Below are positions 27,476 to 64,000 of a DNA stretch of 64,000 nt, piece after piece. Position 1 is the stretch's first letter; every line of letters starts with the position of its first letter. Source of the DNA: Camelus dromedarius (lineage: Eukaryota); contig NC_087436.1 of assembly GCF_036321535.1 (NCBI RefSeq), positions 78,618,001 through 78,682,000 on the forward strand. Direction: 5' to 3'. The notes beneath the pieces were generated by a model that saw only the letters and a program-made list of their open reading frames with translations, made no database searches and was not told the origin of the DNA. Made by a program: the position numbers and the translations under genes.

Positions 27476-30400
27476 TATGTCTTTTATCTAATATAGATAT
27501 GTACATATATGTACATCTGACTACATACTCTTACACCATATGAAGGACTGCGCTAATGCATGGAAATGTAGACATATAATGCCAATAAAAAAAGGATATG
27601 ACCTTTGCACTGACTTATGGAATAATTCTGAGAACCTTTGACATCTCCATGTAATGTTTTTTCCCTTTCTTATGGCAATAAATGGAGTTAATAACTGTGA
27701 CCATTGTTCTTAATCAAGTTATACTAGGAGTTTGCATACCTTTCCCAGGAGAATTGTCAAGGGAACAGATATTAATGCCTGCATATTTCCTGGTTAAGAG
27801 TGCTTGATTTTTTTCTATTAAAGGCAGAGAGAGAAATTTGCCTCTTGGTATCCTTAATGAAGAACAAGAATGATTTCAAGTGGCAAATATTTACGTCAGA
27901 ATTTTAAAAGATTCAGGTTAAGGAAAAAAACAAAACCAAAACACTACCCTGATTGTACCATGAATCTTGGCTATGGGTCAATGGAAAATCTGTATACCTG
28001 CCACAACACTAAGACCCTCCTCTCTCTGGGACCTGTGAATTGGGGGAAAAAAAACCCCCAAAACCCCACCAATAGCAGAGAATTTGAAGTAAAATGGTAT
28101 GTGTGAATTTGTCATTGTCTTAGATGGGGAATTGAGGGAAAATAACAAACTCTTGCTATGTCTATATCTTGGTGTTCTAAAGCATCATGCTAATAATAAT
28201 TAAAATAACTTTAATCAAAAGAATAAGGGAAGACCTAGGCCAGAGTGGAGTTATTCTCAGTTATGACAGGCTCTAAGTCCTAGGTTTACATGGATTAGAA
28301 CTAGACTATATGAAAAAATAGACATTTTAAATGAGCTCAAAGTTGTAATTTTGGGGTCTCTTTATTTCTGATGGTCATTCAAATGCATATATTAAAAAAT
28401 TATAATTGTACCATACAAATATTTTAAAATATCAGTTTTCCAGATTACGAAAGTAATGCATACTCAAAATGCCTTTTCTTCTCCCTTATTGCCAATGATG
28501 TGCTAAGTGTAGTTCTAAAGTCCTAGAAAGAATACAAATTCTTATTATTTTTAAAGTCTGATAGAAATCACATCATTTAAAAAAATCTGTACAAGCTAAT
28601 GAAAATACTGCTTCTTTGATTTTAGCTGGCATCATATTAAGTTCATGGTATGATGCTAATGATCACTTTAGATATTGACATCTTTTTTTTGTTTTTAATA
28701 TGCCTTTGATTAATAGAAATGTCACTATATAATGAGAGCAATATATGACATGTACAGCCATTCAAAACATAGTCCTTGGAGAGAAAATATTGAAAGGGTT
28801 TCCTGGTAATGAAAATGTTGTAACTACCCTAAAACACTTCAGTCCCTACTATCACACACTCCCTTCATCACTCTGCCTTCATGGTCTGTGAAGAACTTCC
28901 ATGTTCCAAATGTCCCACAGTTCAAGAGTAACCAAAGTAATCACTATCAACTCCACAGGGCAGATCTCTCATGGGAATTAGTAGTTGCTCCACATTATCT
29001 AGGATGCAGTTTCATCAGAACAAGAATCAATCAACTGTAAGAAAATCCTACTTTCCTACAAAAGATCTCAGTACTTGTAAATTAAACACCAATCTTACTG
29101 CTCAAAGATCATTCCCAAAGTGACAAACACTGTATCTAGGCCTGAGATGCTTGGTAAGACCTGTAAGTTGGTATTTTCAACTAGCTAACTTCCCCAACTT
29201 GAAAAATCAGGGGACTAATCATGGTTTTGCAGAGGTCCTTTTGTGGGGTTGGCCTTCCCTGTCTCATCAATAGAAGAATCACCCTGTGTGAGTGTTCACC
29301 TGCCAATACGCATAATTACAAGTAGAGAACATGTGAAAACTCCCTTTGGGCAACCTCATCAGTTAGTAGCAAATTCAGTAAATTTCAGTCCTTTTGTCGC
29401 CATAAAAGCCAACTTCAAGAGCCTTTTAAGCTAGATGGCTTTCAAAGTTTGCAATTTCCTTGAGACTACACGTAAAACATGTATAGACACAAATAAAACT
29501 CACTTTTGGTCAGATTCTCAAAAGGAAATAACCACTAGGTCAATATGAGAAAACTTGTCTGCAGTACGGTACTTTTCACATATTTCTTACATGTGCTGGA
29601 CATTGATAAATGAAAACCTTCAGCATTGTTATTTGGAATTTCTAGACTTCGAATCAGATCAAGTATCCCTTTGCAAACCACACCTAAGTCCCATCACCCT
29701 GATTATGCTATGCCTCCCCAAATGGTACTTGTCTCAAAATGAGTAGACAGAATAGTAAAGCCAGGAATTAAAACTGCCACTTAAAGTGAACATAACCTTC
29801 AGAATGCTCAGCATTACTCTGTAATCTGCAGAACACCCTTATATTCTTTCCTATAGTTTATAAAATGCAGTGGTGGGGATGTCAAAGTTTAACTTTTTGC
29901 TATGCAACCCAAACTCACTGAAATCCCACATCTAATTAGACTATTTCAGGACAGGAAAAAACCCAACCAATGCTAAAATAGCCCATATTGTATGGTAATA
30001 CATTTTTGAACGACTACAAAGAGTTATACTGCTTTTGCTCAAAAAACTTGAGACCACAGTTGATGGCAATTCTAGTAGGTTTGAAGTTTTAGGTAATTTT
30101 ACAAAACATTTCCTGACATTGCTTATCCCTAGAATAAATTCAAATGGTAGAAATACACACTCATCTCCTGTAACTATAAACTGCATTTAAAATGGAATTA
30201 TGTAATCGCAGTATCCTTGAATCACCTAATCCTGTGGTTGGCATCAAATCTTGCCAATGCACAGCAATTAATTTCTCAGGTTTCTTTGCATTGAAATTTA
30301 TTCAGATTAGTGAAGTGTCTAGTCTGTCACCATTATGAAAAAGCATGGAAGACAAAGGAATAAAAGCTCTGCTTATTAACATTAGTATCCCCATAAACAT

Positions 30401-30689
30401 CTTAACACTTAACCCCTAATCTTGTAAATGGAGCTTTAAGACTACAGATTATAGTTAATTTTGTTAATGTTAACATTAACATCAGCAAAACTGCTAATGT
30501 AGTGACACACAAAACTTGGACAAAACAGGTCAGGGAGTGTATTTGAGAATATACAGGCTAGTCGAGTACGTTTGTCCTAAGTGCTTCAGTTTTTCTAAAA
30601 GATCTCAGACAGTAATATCCAGATGTAGTGTTTCTTCAAAGTCATATATCAAGACTTGATTGAAGAGTTTGGATTTTGTTTAAAAAGCC

Positions 30690-30695
30690 TTTATT
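30690..30695 (-). terminator. HNRNPDL: Candidate distal polyadenylation signal of HNRNPDL
   Basis: tttatt on + strand = AATAAA on -, about 1.8 kb into the terminal exon. Confidence 0.5.
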
Positions 30696-32218
30696 CATTT
30701 TTATCAGGGAAAGGACAATCTCAATGTCAACTTGCCACCTAATCATAAATTTGAACTTACAGGATTCACTGCCCTAAGACACTGCACCTACTGACTTTCA
30801 CAACACAACTTGAAATCTCCTTTCTGTTCCCTAAGGTTGCATGTTGAAAGAATGAACGATCGCTTGTAATAGCCAACATTGGTACTTGGCCTAGGTGTAG
30901 GGTCAAACAGCAAAACAGGAGCAAAACAAGGCCAAAAGCACTGTAACTTGATAGCCCAGCAAGTACAAACATTGGAACAAAGGAAGTTGCAGGCACCAAA
31001 TAAAACAACAAAAAAAAGGCAGGTTCATTAACATAAAAAATTTACACTTGGTTGAAGGTGAGGTCAACTATTCCACATGTGAACAAGTATGCCAGTCTAG
31101 TGGCTAACATAGAACCACAGAAATAAAATGAAAACCTTAAATTCATTAACTACACTGAATGTAAAATTCAAAGCTTGAATTTACCGAGGATATCCTCCAA
31201 AATCTAGAGCTAACACCACTCTTTCTAATGCACTAGAAGATGTGCTGTAATGACATGACTTGGTCACACCTAGATTTTCACTTACGTAAGGTTTAAAGTA
31301 TACCTTTCCCCACTATTCCTTCCTATGTCTGAATATGGATAACTACTCAGCTCATGCACTAACTGCACTAAAAATGATGAAACCTACTATCGTGACGTCT
31401 ATAAACTTACACCACGTAACAGTTAACATCCAATACAGCTTCCTAACAATGCCCCAAGAGAAAACATTTTGTTCAGTTTGGTGCTTGCTGTGACATAATA
31501 CCAACAGAATAGTACACAATTTAATTTTAATCAGCCACTACTTCAAATATTTTAATCTAATCTTTGCTCAAACTTTAATAACCATATACCTATTTGCCAA
31601 ACCCTTTGTGTTAAATGCAACTATATCTGATATTCTTAAACTGTAGCTCCTATCACAGTTTAAGTGCTTTTCCCTGTGTATATCTGGACATTTTAATCAA
31701 GAAAACAAAGTTAAGTATTATGATCATTAGTCAAAGCACTTTCTAGCAGACCACTGATTAGAATACAGCAAATCCTAACAAACGACCTTCCAGAGACAAG
31801 AACAAATCAAAATCTTTCTATTCATAAAAGGAGTTACCAGCATGCTCTGTGCCATCAGAAAATTACTTTTCAAAATACAACCAAGATTCATGGTCTACTA
31901 GAAAGTTTCCACTAATCACAACACTATGTCACGAAGATTTTCATGACAAAGTCTCCAGATATACAGAGGAAACATTACTTAAAGGTATGGTGGAAGCCTC
32001 AGGTAACAGAAAAATGAAGCCTCAGAGCTTAGAATACATCTAACAAAAAAGGGGAACAGAGTAAACACTGTAGCTGGCTATTTATAAAAGACCAGTTTCT
32101 CCCTATGGATCAATACTCTCTACAAAATAAACTGTGCCTTAATTATTGCTTATTTAAAATTACACTTTTACAGAGCTATTTAGTACCTGACGCAGAAAAA
32201 CAATCACATAAGGAAGCA

Positions 32219-32224
32219 TTTATT
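32219..32224 (-). terminator. HNRNPDL: Proximal polyadenylation signal AATAAA of HNRNPDL
   Basis: AATAAA followed by TGCTTCCTTATGTGATTGTTTTTCTG (GU/U-rich downstream element). Confidence 0.7.
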
Positions 32225-33135
32225 TGAGGTTTAACATGAAACCATACAAATAAAATTTGTATAAACACAAATCCACATCGAGTCATAACACAGATAGCAA
32301 AAGACAAAGTAAAAACAAAGAAAACTAATTGGCGGCTATATACAGTTGGACACAGTTGTGTCTTGTACACTAGAAAGTCTTTTACAAAATTATCATCTTA
32401 GATCAACAGGAGACCAATCTTCAATGTCGTCCTGCAAGACGGGTTACTTTAGCAATCTCCTCCTAAAAACAAAAACAAAACGGCAATTAGATTTGTGCAA
32501 CTATGACAAACTTTCAAAGGTCCACTTTCATGAATTGTTTTAAGTTCTCACTTTATTCTTTTCTTCAATAATTAAAGATCACATGCAAATTCATTGGCAA
32601 AATGCAGTTTCAGTAATTAATAAATTCACCCTTAAGTTCCCAAATGATTTTAAATTTACTTAGAAAATCTGGGAACGTAACCTTCCCATATTCACAGGTT
32701 GAACTGTGCTAGATCAAGGTCTACTAGAAACATCTCTAGTAAGCCATGAAGAATGCTGTTTATCACAAACATGAATTTCTAATGGGTTTGTATTGCAAGA
32801 AAACAAATTGCTATGTGCATATGATCTTTAATTTATATCCCAGATTTTAAAGTTCTTGTTTTGGTTTGTAGATTTCACTATTAGCTATAAAAAGAAAAAG
32901 CAAGCATTAAATCTTAAAGAATGAACACTTAAAATGAGGCTCCACAATTGAAATACAACACTAAACAGAAGACCAAAATGATTAAGCTGTAAAAAGGCAT
33001 TTATGTACTTTAACTCCTGTAAAAAACCATTTAAGTTAAGACACTTAATCTTCAAAAAGATTAAAAAAGAAGCCAAAGTCTGAAGTTTTCCACTTTAATC
33101 TTTACGCTGGTACATGAAGTTGGAAGAGACCATAC

Positions 33136-33240
33136 CACAGGACAGCGTTTTCTGGTGTATGCCTTGCGCTCTGCCCGCAACGTGCGACCCCCAGAGATAG
33201 ACGTGGTCAGGGTGACACACGGCCTGCAATGAAGTTCCCG
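33136..33240 (-). other. HNRNPDL: HNRNPDL alternative non-coding 3'UTR cassette exon (exon 8, NMD-inducing poison exon), 105 nt
   Basis: Acceptor TTTGTACCCGCCAG|CGGGAACTTCATTGCAGGCC and donor CCTGTG|GTATGG; 8 CpGs within an AT-rich intron; matches the known autoregulatory exon of hnRNP D/DL. Confidence 0.88.
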
Positions 33241-33638
33241 CTGGCGGGTACAAACAAGGTATAATGTCAGAGTTAGAAGACAACATTCTTGTTTTCCTTA
33301 AGTTGTACCCATTTCAGTACTTTACCTGTTAATAGTTCTAAAAAAGTTTAATTATTCCTCTAGACCACCTGGTACACAAAGCAAACAGAAAAACTCTTAA
33401 GTTTTTCTGTAATACTAAAGAAAGTGAGATAAGACTTTAAAGTTAAAGATCTATAGACACTTTAGGCAAAACAGGCTCATTTTAAAGCAAGTAAAAAATT
33501 AACAATTTAGTAAAAACAGGCTACATGATATTTTGTTTTTACATATTTTTCATTTGTCTATTGATCTTTAAATTAAATTAGACATGTCCACTGGCTTCTT
33601 GTACTCTTATACACACCTGTTTTCTCCAATGTTCTCCT

Positions 33639-37272
<3,634 letters not shown>

Positions 37273-38306
37273 TCAAAAATCCCGAGCAGCGCCGTCGCAG
37301 GGCAACAGCCCCTCTTGCCTTGAGAGCCTTTGTCTCTGGCGTCCGGTCCAGCCCACTCCCAGCAAAGAGCCGTCAACCCCGCCTTTTTCCGCCCTCGGTC
37401 GCCCAGTGCGGAGCTGCTGTGGCGGCTGCTGCTATCGATTAGCACCGTGGCCGAGCTGTTCCGGAAAAAGGCGGACTGCGCCCGGCGCCGGCGGCTGAGG
37501 CGGCGAACGCGCCCGCCCGTCCGCCGCGCGCACGCGTGTTTTGTCCTCGAGCTGGCTGGAACCAGCCGAACAGGAAGCGGGCGCGCGACGGCCCCTCCGG
37601 GCAGCAGCGCGGCGCGGGCGCCTCTTCCGCTGCCGCCACAGGCGTGCGGGCCGAGGGGGCGTGACGGGCCTCCCAAGCCGATCGGCCGGAATCCAGGCCA
37701 ACACAGTCAGCCAGCCCGAGACCCAAACGGCCTCTTTGCTGACAGAGGACGGGAGGAGGGGCGCGGGCCGGGTCGGATTACTGTAAATATGCAAAAGCGG
37801 AGGCAGTGGGCGGGGAGGGGGCTAGGTGCCGTAGAGGGCAAGGGGCACTCACATCCCCGGCGCGCCACTCGCGGGGCTCCCGTCTGCACGTGCCCCGGGC
37901 CTCTCCCGCTCGCTCAGTCTGCGGAGGGCGCGCGCCCGCGCACCCGGCTCCCGCGTTCGCTCCTTTGTTCCCGCCCACGCGAGGCCCATTTTGACGGATC
38001 GAGTTTGAGGCCCTCTAGCGGCCAATCGGCGTCGTCGCCATTACCTCTCCCCGCCCCCTCGGAACCCCGCGAGGGCCGCCCCCTTTCCCTGCCCACGTGG
38101 TCTCGGCCTCCGGCCCTGGGCTGCTCGCGAGTTCGGGGCCCCAGTGCTGTGGACGTCTCCACTTCCAGGTGTGCGGACGTGCTCTCTCCGCCTCGTGCAT
38201 CAGGCCGCGCGCGGTTGCCGGCTCCCGGATTCTTGCGGGACTGTCGGAAGCCCGACACATTGTAGCGGGCGCAGCCGGCGCCGCCCTCCGCCTTTCCCAT
38301 CCGTAG

Positions 38307-59623
<21,317 letters not shown>

Positions 59624-60301
59624 TAATCTGACTTCTTGCATTGTATACCCCAGGGTAGATGAGCCTGGCATTGCAAACATTTTGCCTCCATAAAGAAAGT
59701 TCATGTGGGAAGCCCTGAAAAATGAAACAGGTTTATAAAAGCAAACAGTGAACCAGCCGACCCACCTCCCTCTCCATTTAGCCATCCTTGGGCTTGTGTG
59801 TGGGGAGGTGGCATTGGGAAGACTGATTCTTCTCATTTTAGCTCCTCACCCTCGGTTCCCCATCTTCCCTCTGTGTGCATGCGCACACGGATGAAACGGG
59901 AAAATAACAAAAGGCAGATGTAACGGTGGGAAGGGGCTTGCAGGCAAGAGTATGAGAGTAGGTGCATGGCTAGTGCAGGACGATAAAGTCACAGTGGACC
60001 TGCATCAAATGTATTTGACAGCAGTGAGATCAGCTGCATGCGCTCAGCAGGAAAAGAGAGAGAGAGGACTCCAGCTGCAGCGATTTTGCCTCATTGTCGT
60101 GCCAGCTGATGAGCACCGCCCTCGGTGGGGAGTCTCATCCTCGTCATCCCTCAGATGGCCTCAGTCCCCGGGCACCTCTCGTAATGTAAACCTCAGCCCC
60201 GCTGCACACGGTTCACTTGTTTAAAGACAGACATCCTTTTTACCCAGCCTGGCCCTCTTCATTATCTGTGGTGCGTTTTCACTATATGGACTGAATGTAT
60301 A

Positions 60302-60407
60302 GCATTTATTTTGTATTTTTATTTTTTTTAATGGAGGTCCTGGGGATTGAACTCAAGACCCCATGCCTGCTAAGCATACACTCTACCACTGAGCTATACC
60401 CTCCCCA
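60302..60407 (-). mobile_element. tRNA-Ala-derived SINE
   Basis: TSD gg(a/g)ctgaatgtata at 60288-60301 and 60408-60421. Confidence 0.88.
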
Positions 60408-63400
60408 GGGCTGAATGTATAAAACAGCATATACTATACAATATTGGCAATTCAAGTAATTTCAAGAGTAGTTTTGACCAAATATAAGATGTACTCAAGC
60501 ATGTGAGAATGTGAGTCCTACAGAGAATTACAGAAGGACTGACCAGTAGTGAAGGAGGAAGCAAGTAGCAGCAGGTGAAGACGGGGAGGGTGCCGGGGGA
60601 GGTGGGTGGTCTCTGCCCTGGTTGGCTAGGCTTTCCCAGATTTCCCCCTCCTGGCTGCAGCCTTTGATCTTGTGTCATTTTCCTTAGAGTCTGTGCATCT
60701 CCCAGGAGCTTACTTGTGGCGTGTTTATAATTGCACCTGTATTGGAGGACAGTTCTACTTTTTTGTGTTTCTTCCACTCACCTTGGATCACAAGTTTTAC
60801 CCTCTGTTTACCCCTAGAACAGGGCTTTGTTTATTGCACAGCTGCTCTGACACTAGGCTCGGGGAGGGAATCAGGGAAAGGGGGCAGACAGCAGCGGGCG
60901 CTCTCCTGCCTAGTGGGCTGCTGGGCCCTGGGGGGAAGTGGTTCCAGTAGTCTGTAGGCTACATGCCTTTCTCCATCCCTTCTGCTGTTGTCACAGAACC
61001 AGAGTCACCCCCGCTCACTGGGACTTTCAGAGATAGGGCCCAGAGGCAGTTTGTGGTTGCTGGCAAAGGCATCTATCTGTGCTAGTGTGTGTGAGTATAT
61101 TCTTTCTGCTGCTGACCCTTGAGCTTTGGTTTATTGTGTTAGGTAAAGGTTGTAGACATACAAGCAAGTATATACTAATTTGCTAAATGGTTTTTTTTAA
61201 AAAAGTCTTAACCAGCATTGGCCATCTAATACCTTCAAGAAGTTAAGATATGTTTTCCAGGGAAAAAGAGGTAGACAGGCTTAATTTTACCTGACATACA
61301 GTAGACATTCAGTAATTGCTAATGTCTTTGTTAAATTTCAGGTCTGGCTGAATCTAGACTGGAATTTTTGATCTAGGTAGATGGTACCAAAAAAAAAAAC
61401 AAAAAAACAGCCATTTGTTATTTTGAGTTTTGGAGGCTCAGCAGATTTAGTGGGGACCTGCCCCTGTCCTGCATGTCCTGGTTGGGTCATCCTCTGTAAG
61501 TCAAAAGTTCTACAAACTGTCCTCTCATTTTTCTACATCCTGGAAAGCTTTACATTTTCATGTCTGACTGCACTGAAGGAGAGACACACAGACTCATGGA
61601 CACATGGCTTCAGGGGTCCCTCGGTAACCAGGTAGCCAGGCCACATCAGTGTGCTGTAAGGGAGCATTAGCCTTAACAACAGCCATTTCTCCCGCCTCTG
61701 CTTTGAATGGTCGATGTACTGTAAATGTTTGCCTGTCGTATTTCTGTGTAGAAACCATTTACTGATTTAAAGCTACATTTTACCCTCTTCCTTGAATGGC
61801 TTTTCAGGGCTTAGAGTGGTGGGGTGGGGAAGTTGTTTTACTGTCTGTGTAGGTTAAGGAATGCCAGCGTTTCTGTGAGGAATGATCATTTGAAGACCTT
61901 TTGCTTTGTCTCACTCCTTATGCAGAGATAGGCCTTGTTCTGGTGAGTTTAACTGGTTTCACCTGTGAATTGCTTTTCTTTAATCATTCACATAAAGTGG
62001 GCTTTTGGAGATGAAAATCTGTGGTTTGCCCTGTGTTTATTCCCCTAGCATTTTGAATGGTAAGTTTCTGCAGGCTTAGAATTAGAGATCTGCTTTGTGA
62101 CTGGAGCTCCCCACAAAGTCAGCCTGTCCTGAGCATTCTGGGACTGAATTCTTGATTCAATTTGTGACCCCCAGATTATCGCCCTACTCCCTGCTTTTTG
62201 GTTACTACTGATAATTGTAACCCTTGTCTGAAGACCACTGACAGCTTCTTCATGTTCTTGTCCTTAGCCACATTTGTTTCTAGTTGGCATCATAGTACAT
62301 CTGTAATTTCAGGTCTTTCTCTTTTCCCTTAAGCCATTTCCTTCGGTTGCAGTCCTAGAAACTATTCCTGTTCTCCTTAGAGACTAGATGATCTCCAAGG
62401 TGGCCTCAGAATGAAGCTGGCTCCCTCTGAGTCCTCCGCCAGGCGGTTTTATTCCTGCCCCTCAGCTTTTGTAAGCCCCGCGCCCAGTTAGGCAGTAGGG
62501 CCAGAACGTGGCTTACCGGTAGCTGGGATGGGGCCGGGCAGCTGACTGCTGCCTTGCTCTCCTTTGTTATCTCTGGTCCTGAGTTTGGTACCATGTGTCC
62601 AGAATTCCATCGCCAAGGCAGAGTAGGAGACTGAGTTGATATCCCAAATAATACTCAAGTATAAAGAGAGAATGGCAAGCCTTTTTCCCTTTGGAGGAAA
62701 AAAAGAGGTCCAGAGTTTGAAATCAGCAAGTATTAGATAAGTGTCTTAATATTGTACAATTAGGGCAAAGAGATGCTTAGGGACAAAATTTGCCCCATGG
62801 TCTTCTTGGTAGGCTGAATGCGGAACAGCAACTAACTAGGGTCAAGTCCTACGTAGATCGTGATGGCTCAACTTGGTGGAGATCCTGGGTTGCTAGTCAA
62901 GAGGACTGTGCTTGAGGCGGTCAGGCTGGGAGCTAGGGGTGAGTGGAAGGCGGTGCTTCTGTTGCTGGACTGAGTTGCTTCTGCCGAGTTTGCCTGAGGA
63001 GGATTGTTGAGCACTTTTTTGCTCTGGAGGTGACACTCCTTTCACAGGAGGTAGGTAGGTGGTGGAGAAAACTCTACCCCGTTTACTCTTTCTTAGTACT
63101 GCTGCCCTTTAATTAATGCATTCTCTTCCTGTGACTGCTTTCCAAAGGTTGAGAAACTGCTGGGGTTTCGTATTACACCAGACCTAAATTCCAAAGATGT
63201 GTTTCAGGTTCTTCCCCGGTTTTGCTCTGTCTTTCCAAGTATGCCCCATCTCTCTGACCACAGACCTGTGTCCTGTCTCCCACACTGACTTGCTCGGTTC
63301 TTCCACTGTTTGCACGTGTGTTTTATGTCAGCCTACAGTGTCTCCTCTCTTGCCAGTTTTCCTTCCTTGAAATTTCTGATCAGAACTCACCATCTGTGTG

Positions 63401-63533
63401 GAGGAGTCATTTGTTAAATTGCGGATCAGTAGTTCCCTGTTGGGAACCTGAGGTTCTGCATTTTTAACAAGCCTCCAGATGATTCCCACACTGCTGGTGC
63501 AGGGATCACACTCAGCACGGTGATACTCTGGAG

Positions 63534-63744
63534 CAGGAGTTGGCAAACTTGTTCTGTAAAGAGCCAGATAGTAAATATTTTAGGCTTTGCAGGCCACACA
63601 ATCTCTGTCACAACTATTCTACCCTGGTCCTTGTAGTGCAAAGGCGTCCACAGACAGTACGTCAGTGAGTGGGTGAGCTTGGCTGTGTTCCAGTAAGACC
63701 GTATTTACAGAAACAGGTGGCAGGCCATAATTTGCTGATCCTTG
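63534..63744 (+). mobile_element. MER58A-like hAT element
   Basis: caggagttggcaaact..gccagatagtaaatattttaggctttgc..tttgctgatccttg; TSD-like ctctggag/ttctagag. Confidence 0.82.
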
Positions 63745-63769
63745 TTCTAGAGCACAGACTGTAGAGTCA

Positions 63770-63975
63770 GATACATGATTTCAAATTTTAGCTCTTCCAC
63801 TTGCTAGCTCTCGGTTTCTGTATCTGTAGAATGGAGGTAGTAATACTAACTACTTCAGGGTTGTTGTGAAGATTTTGATGGGAATGGAAGCTCCACAAAG
63901 GTGGGAACTTTGTTTTATTCACGTATCTCTGGTCCTAGAATAGTAGCTGGCACCTAGTAGGTGCTTAATTAATAT
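63770..63975. mobile_element. MIR / L2-tail fragments
   Basis: tctgtagaatgg..taatac..cttcagggttgttgtgaagatt; tggcacctagtaggtgctt. Confidence 0.6.
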
Positions 63976-64000
63976 AAAGTATTAACGATTGTCTCAAATG

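Larger units (their letters stand above)
30670..32462 (-). other. HNRNPDL: HNRNPDL terminal 3'UTR exon (3' end approximate; alternative polyadenylation likely)
   Basis: Acceptor TTTTTGTTTTTAG|GAGGAGATTG at 32462; repeat-poor U-rich sequence; minus-strand AATAAA at 32219-32224, 30690-30695 and 30297-30302. Confidence 0.75.

Noticed and set aside
27499..27516. 18-bp palindrome ATGTACATATATGTACAT and AT-rich symmetry near 19530-19565
   Set aside because: Low-complexity alternating purine-pyrimidine sequence, expected by chance
32457..32465. TAG-GAG-GAG tandem acceptors at the terminal HNRNPDL exon
   Set aside because: GAG acceptors are rarely used, and a 3-nt shift in UTR would have little consequence
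33095..33286. 63-aa ORF overlapping the poison exon
   Set aside because: Runs across both splice sites and lies downstream of the HNRNPDL stop; no coding evidence
37330..38265. 311-aa plus-strand ORF and the many other overlapping ORFs in 36300-38860
   Set aside because: Stop-poor GC-rich CpG island, non-ATG starts, low-complexity R/P/G/A translations with no recognisable domain

Overview
Mammalian genomic DNA, most likely camelid (inferred from ten copies of a tRNA-Ala(AGC)-derived, vic-1-like SINE). It contains the complete HNRNPDL gene on the minus strand: 7 coding exons giving 1263 nt / 420 aa, a 105-nt non-coding NMD 'poison' cassette exon, and a terminal 3'UTR exon. Head-to-head with it across a shared CpG island are exons 1-5 of ENOPH1 on the plus strand; I could not find the last ENOPH1 exon, which probably lies beyond the window. 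Bases 1-640 are the edge of another CpG island, by mammalian synteny probably the HNRNPD promoter flank. The rest is intergenic or intronic and dense with L1, L2, MIR, MaLR/ERVL/ERV1 LTRs, a near full-length Tigger1, MER82, MER5A, MER58A and SINEs. I found no new biological system. The most notable observations are a complete CCAAT/GC/TATA/TCT/YY1 core promoter embedded in the HNRNPDL exon 1 coding sequence, the poison-exon geometry, a probable L1 3' transduction splitting a MER5A1, and a possible retrocopied 3'UTR fragment in ENOPH1 intron 1. Repeat family names were assigned from memory of consensus sequences, not by alignment.
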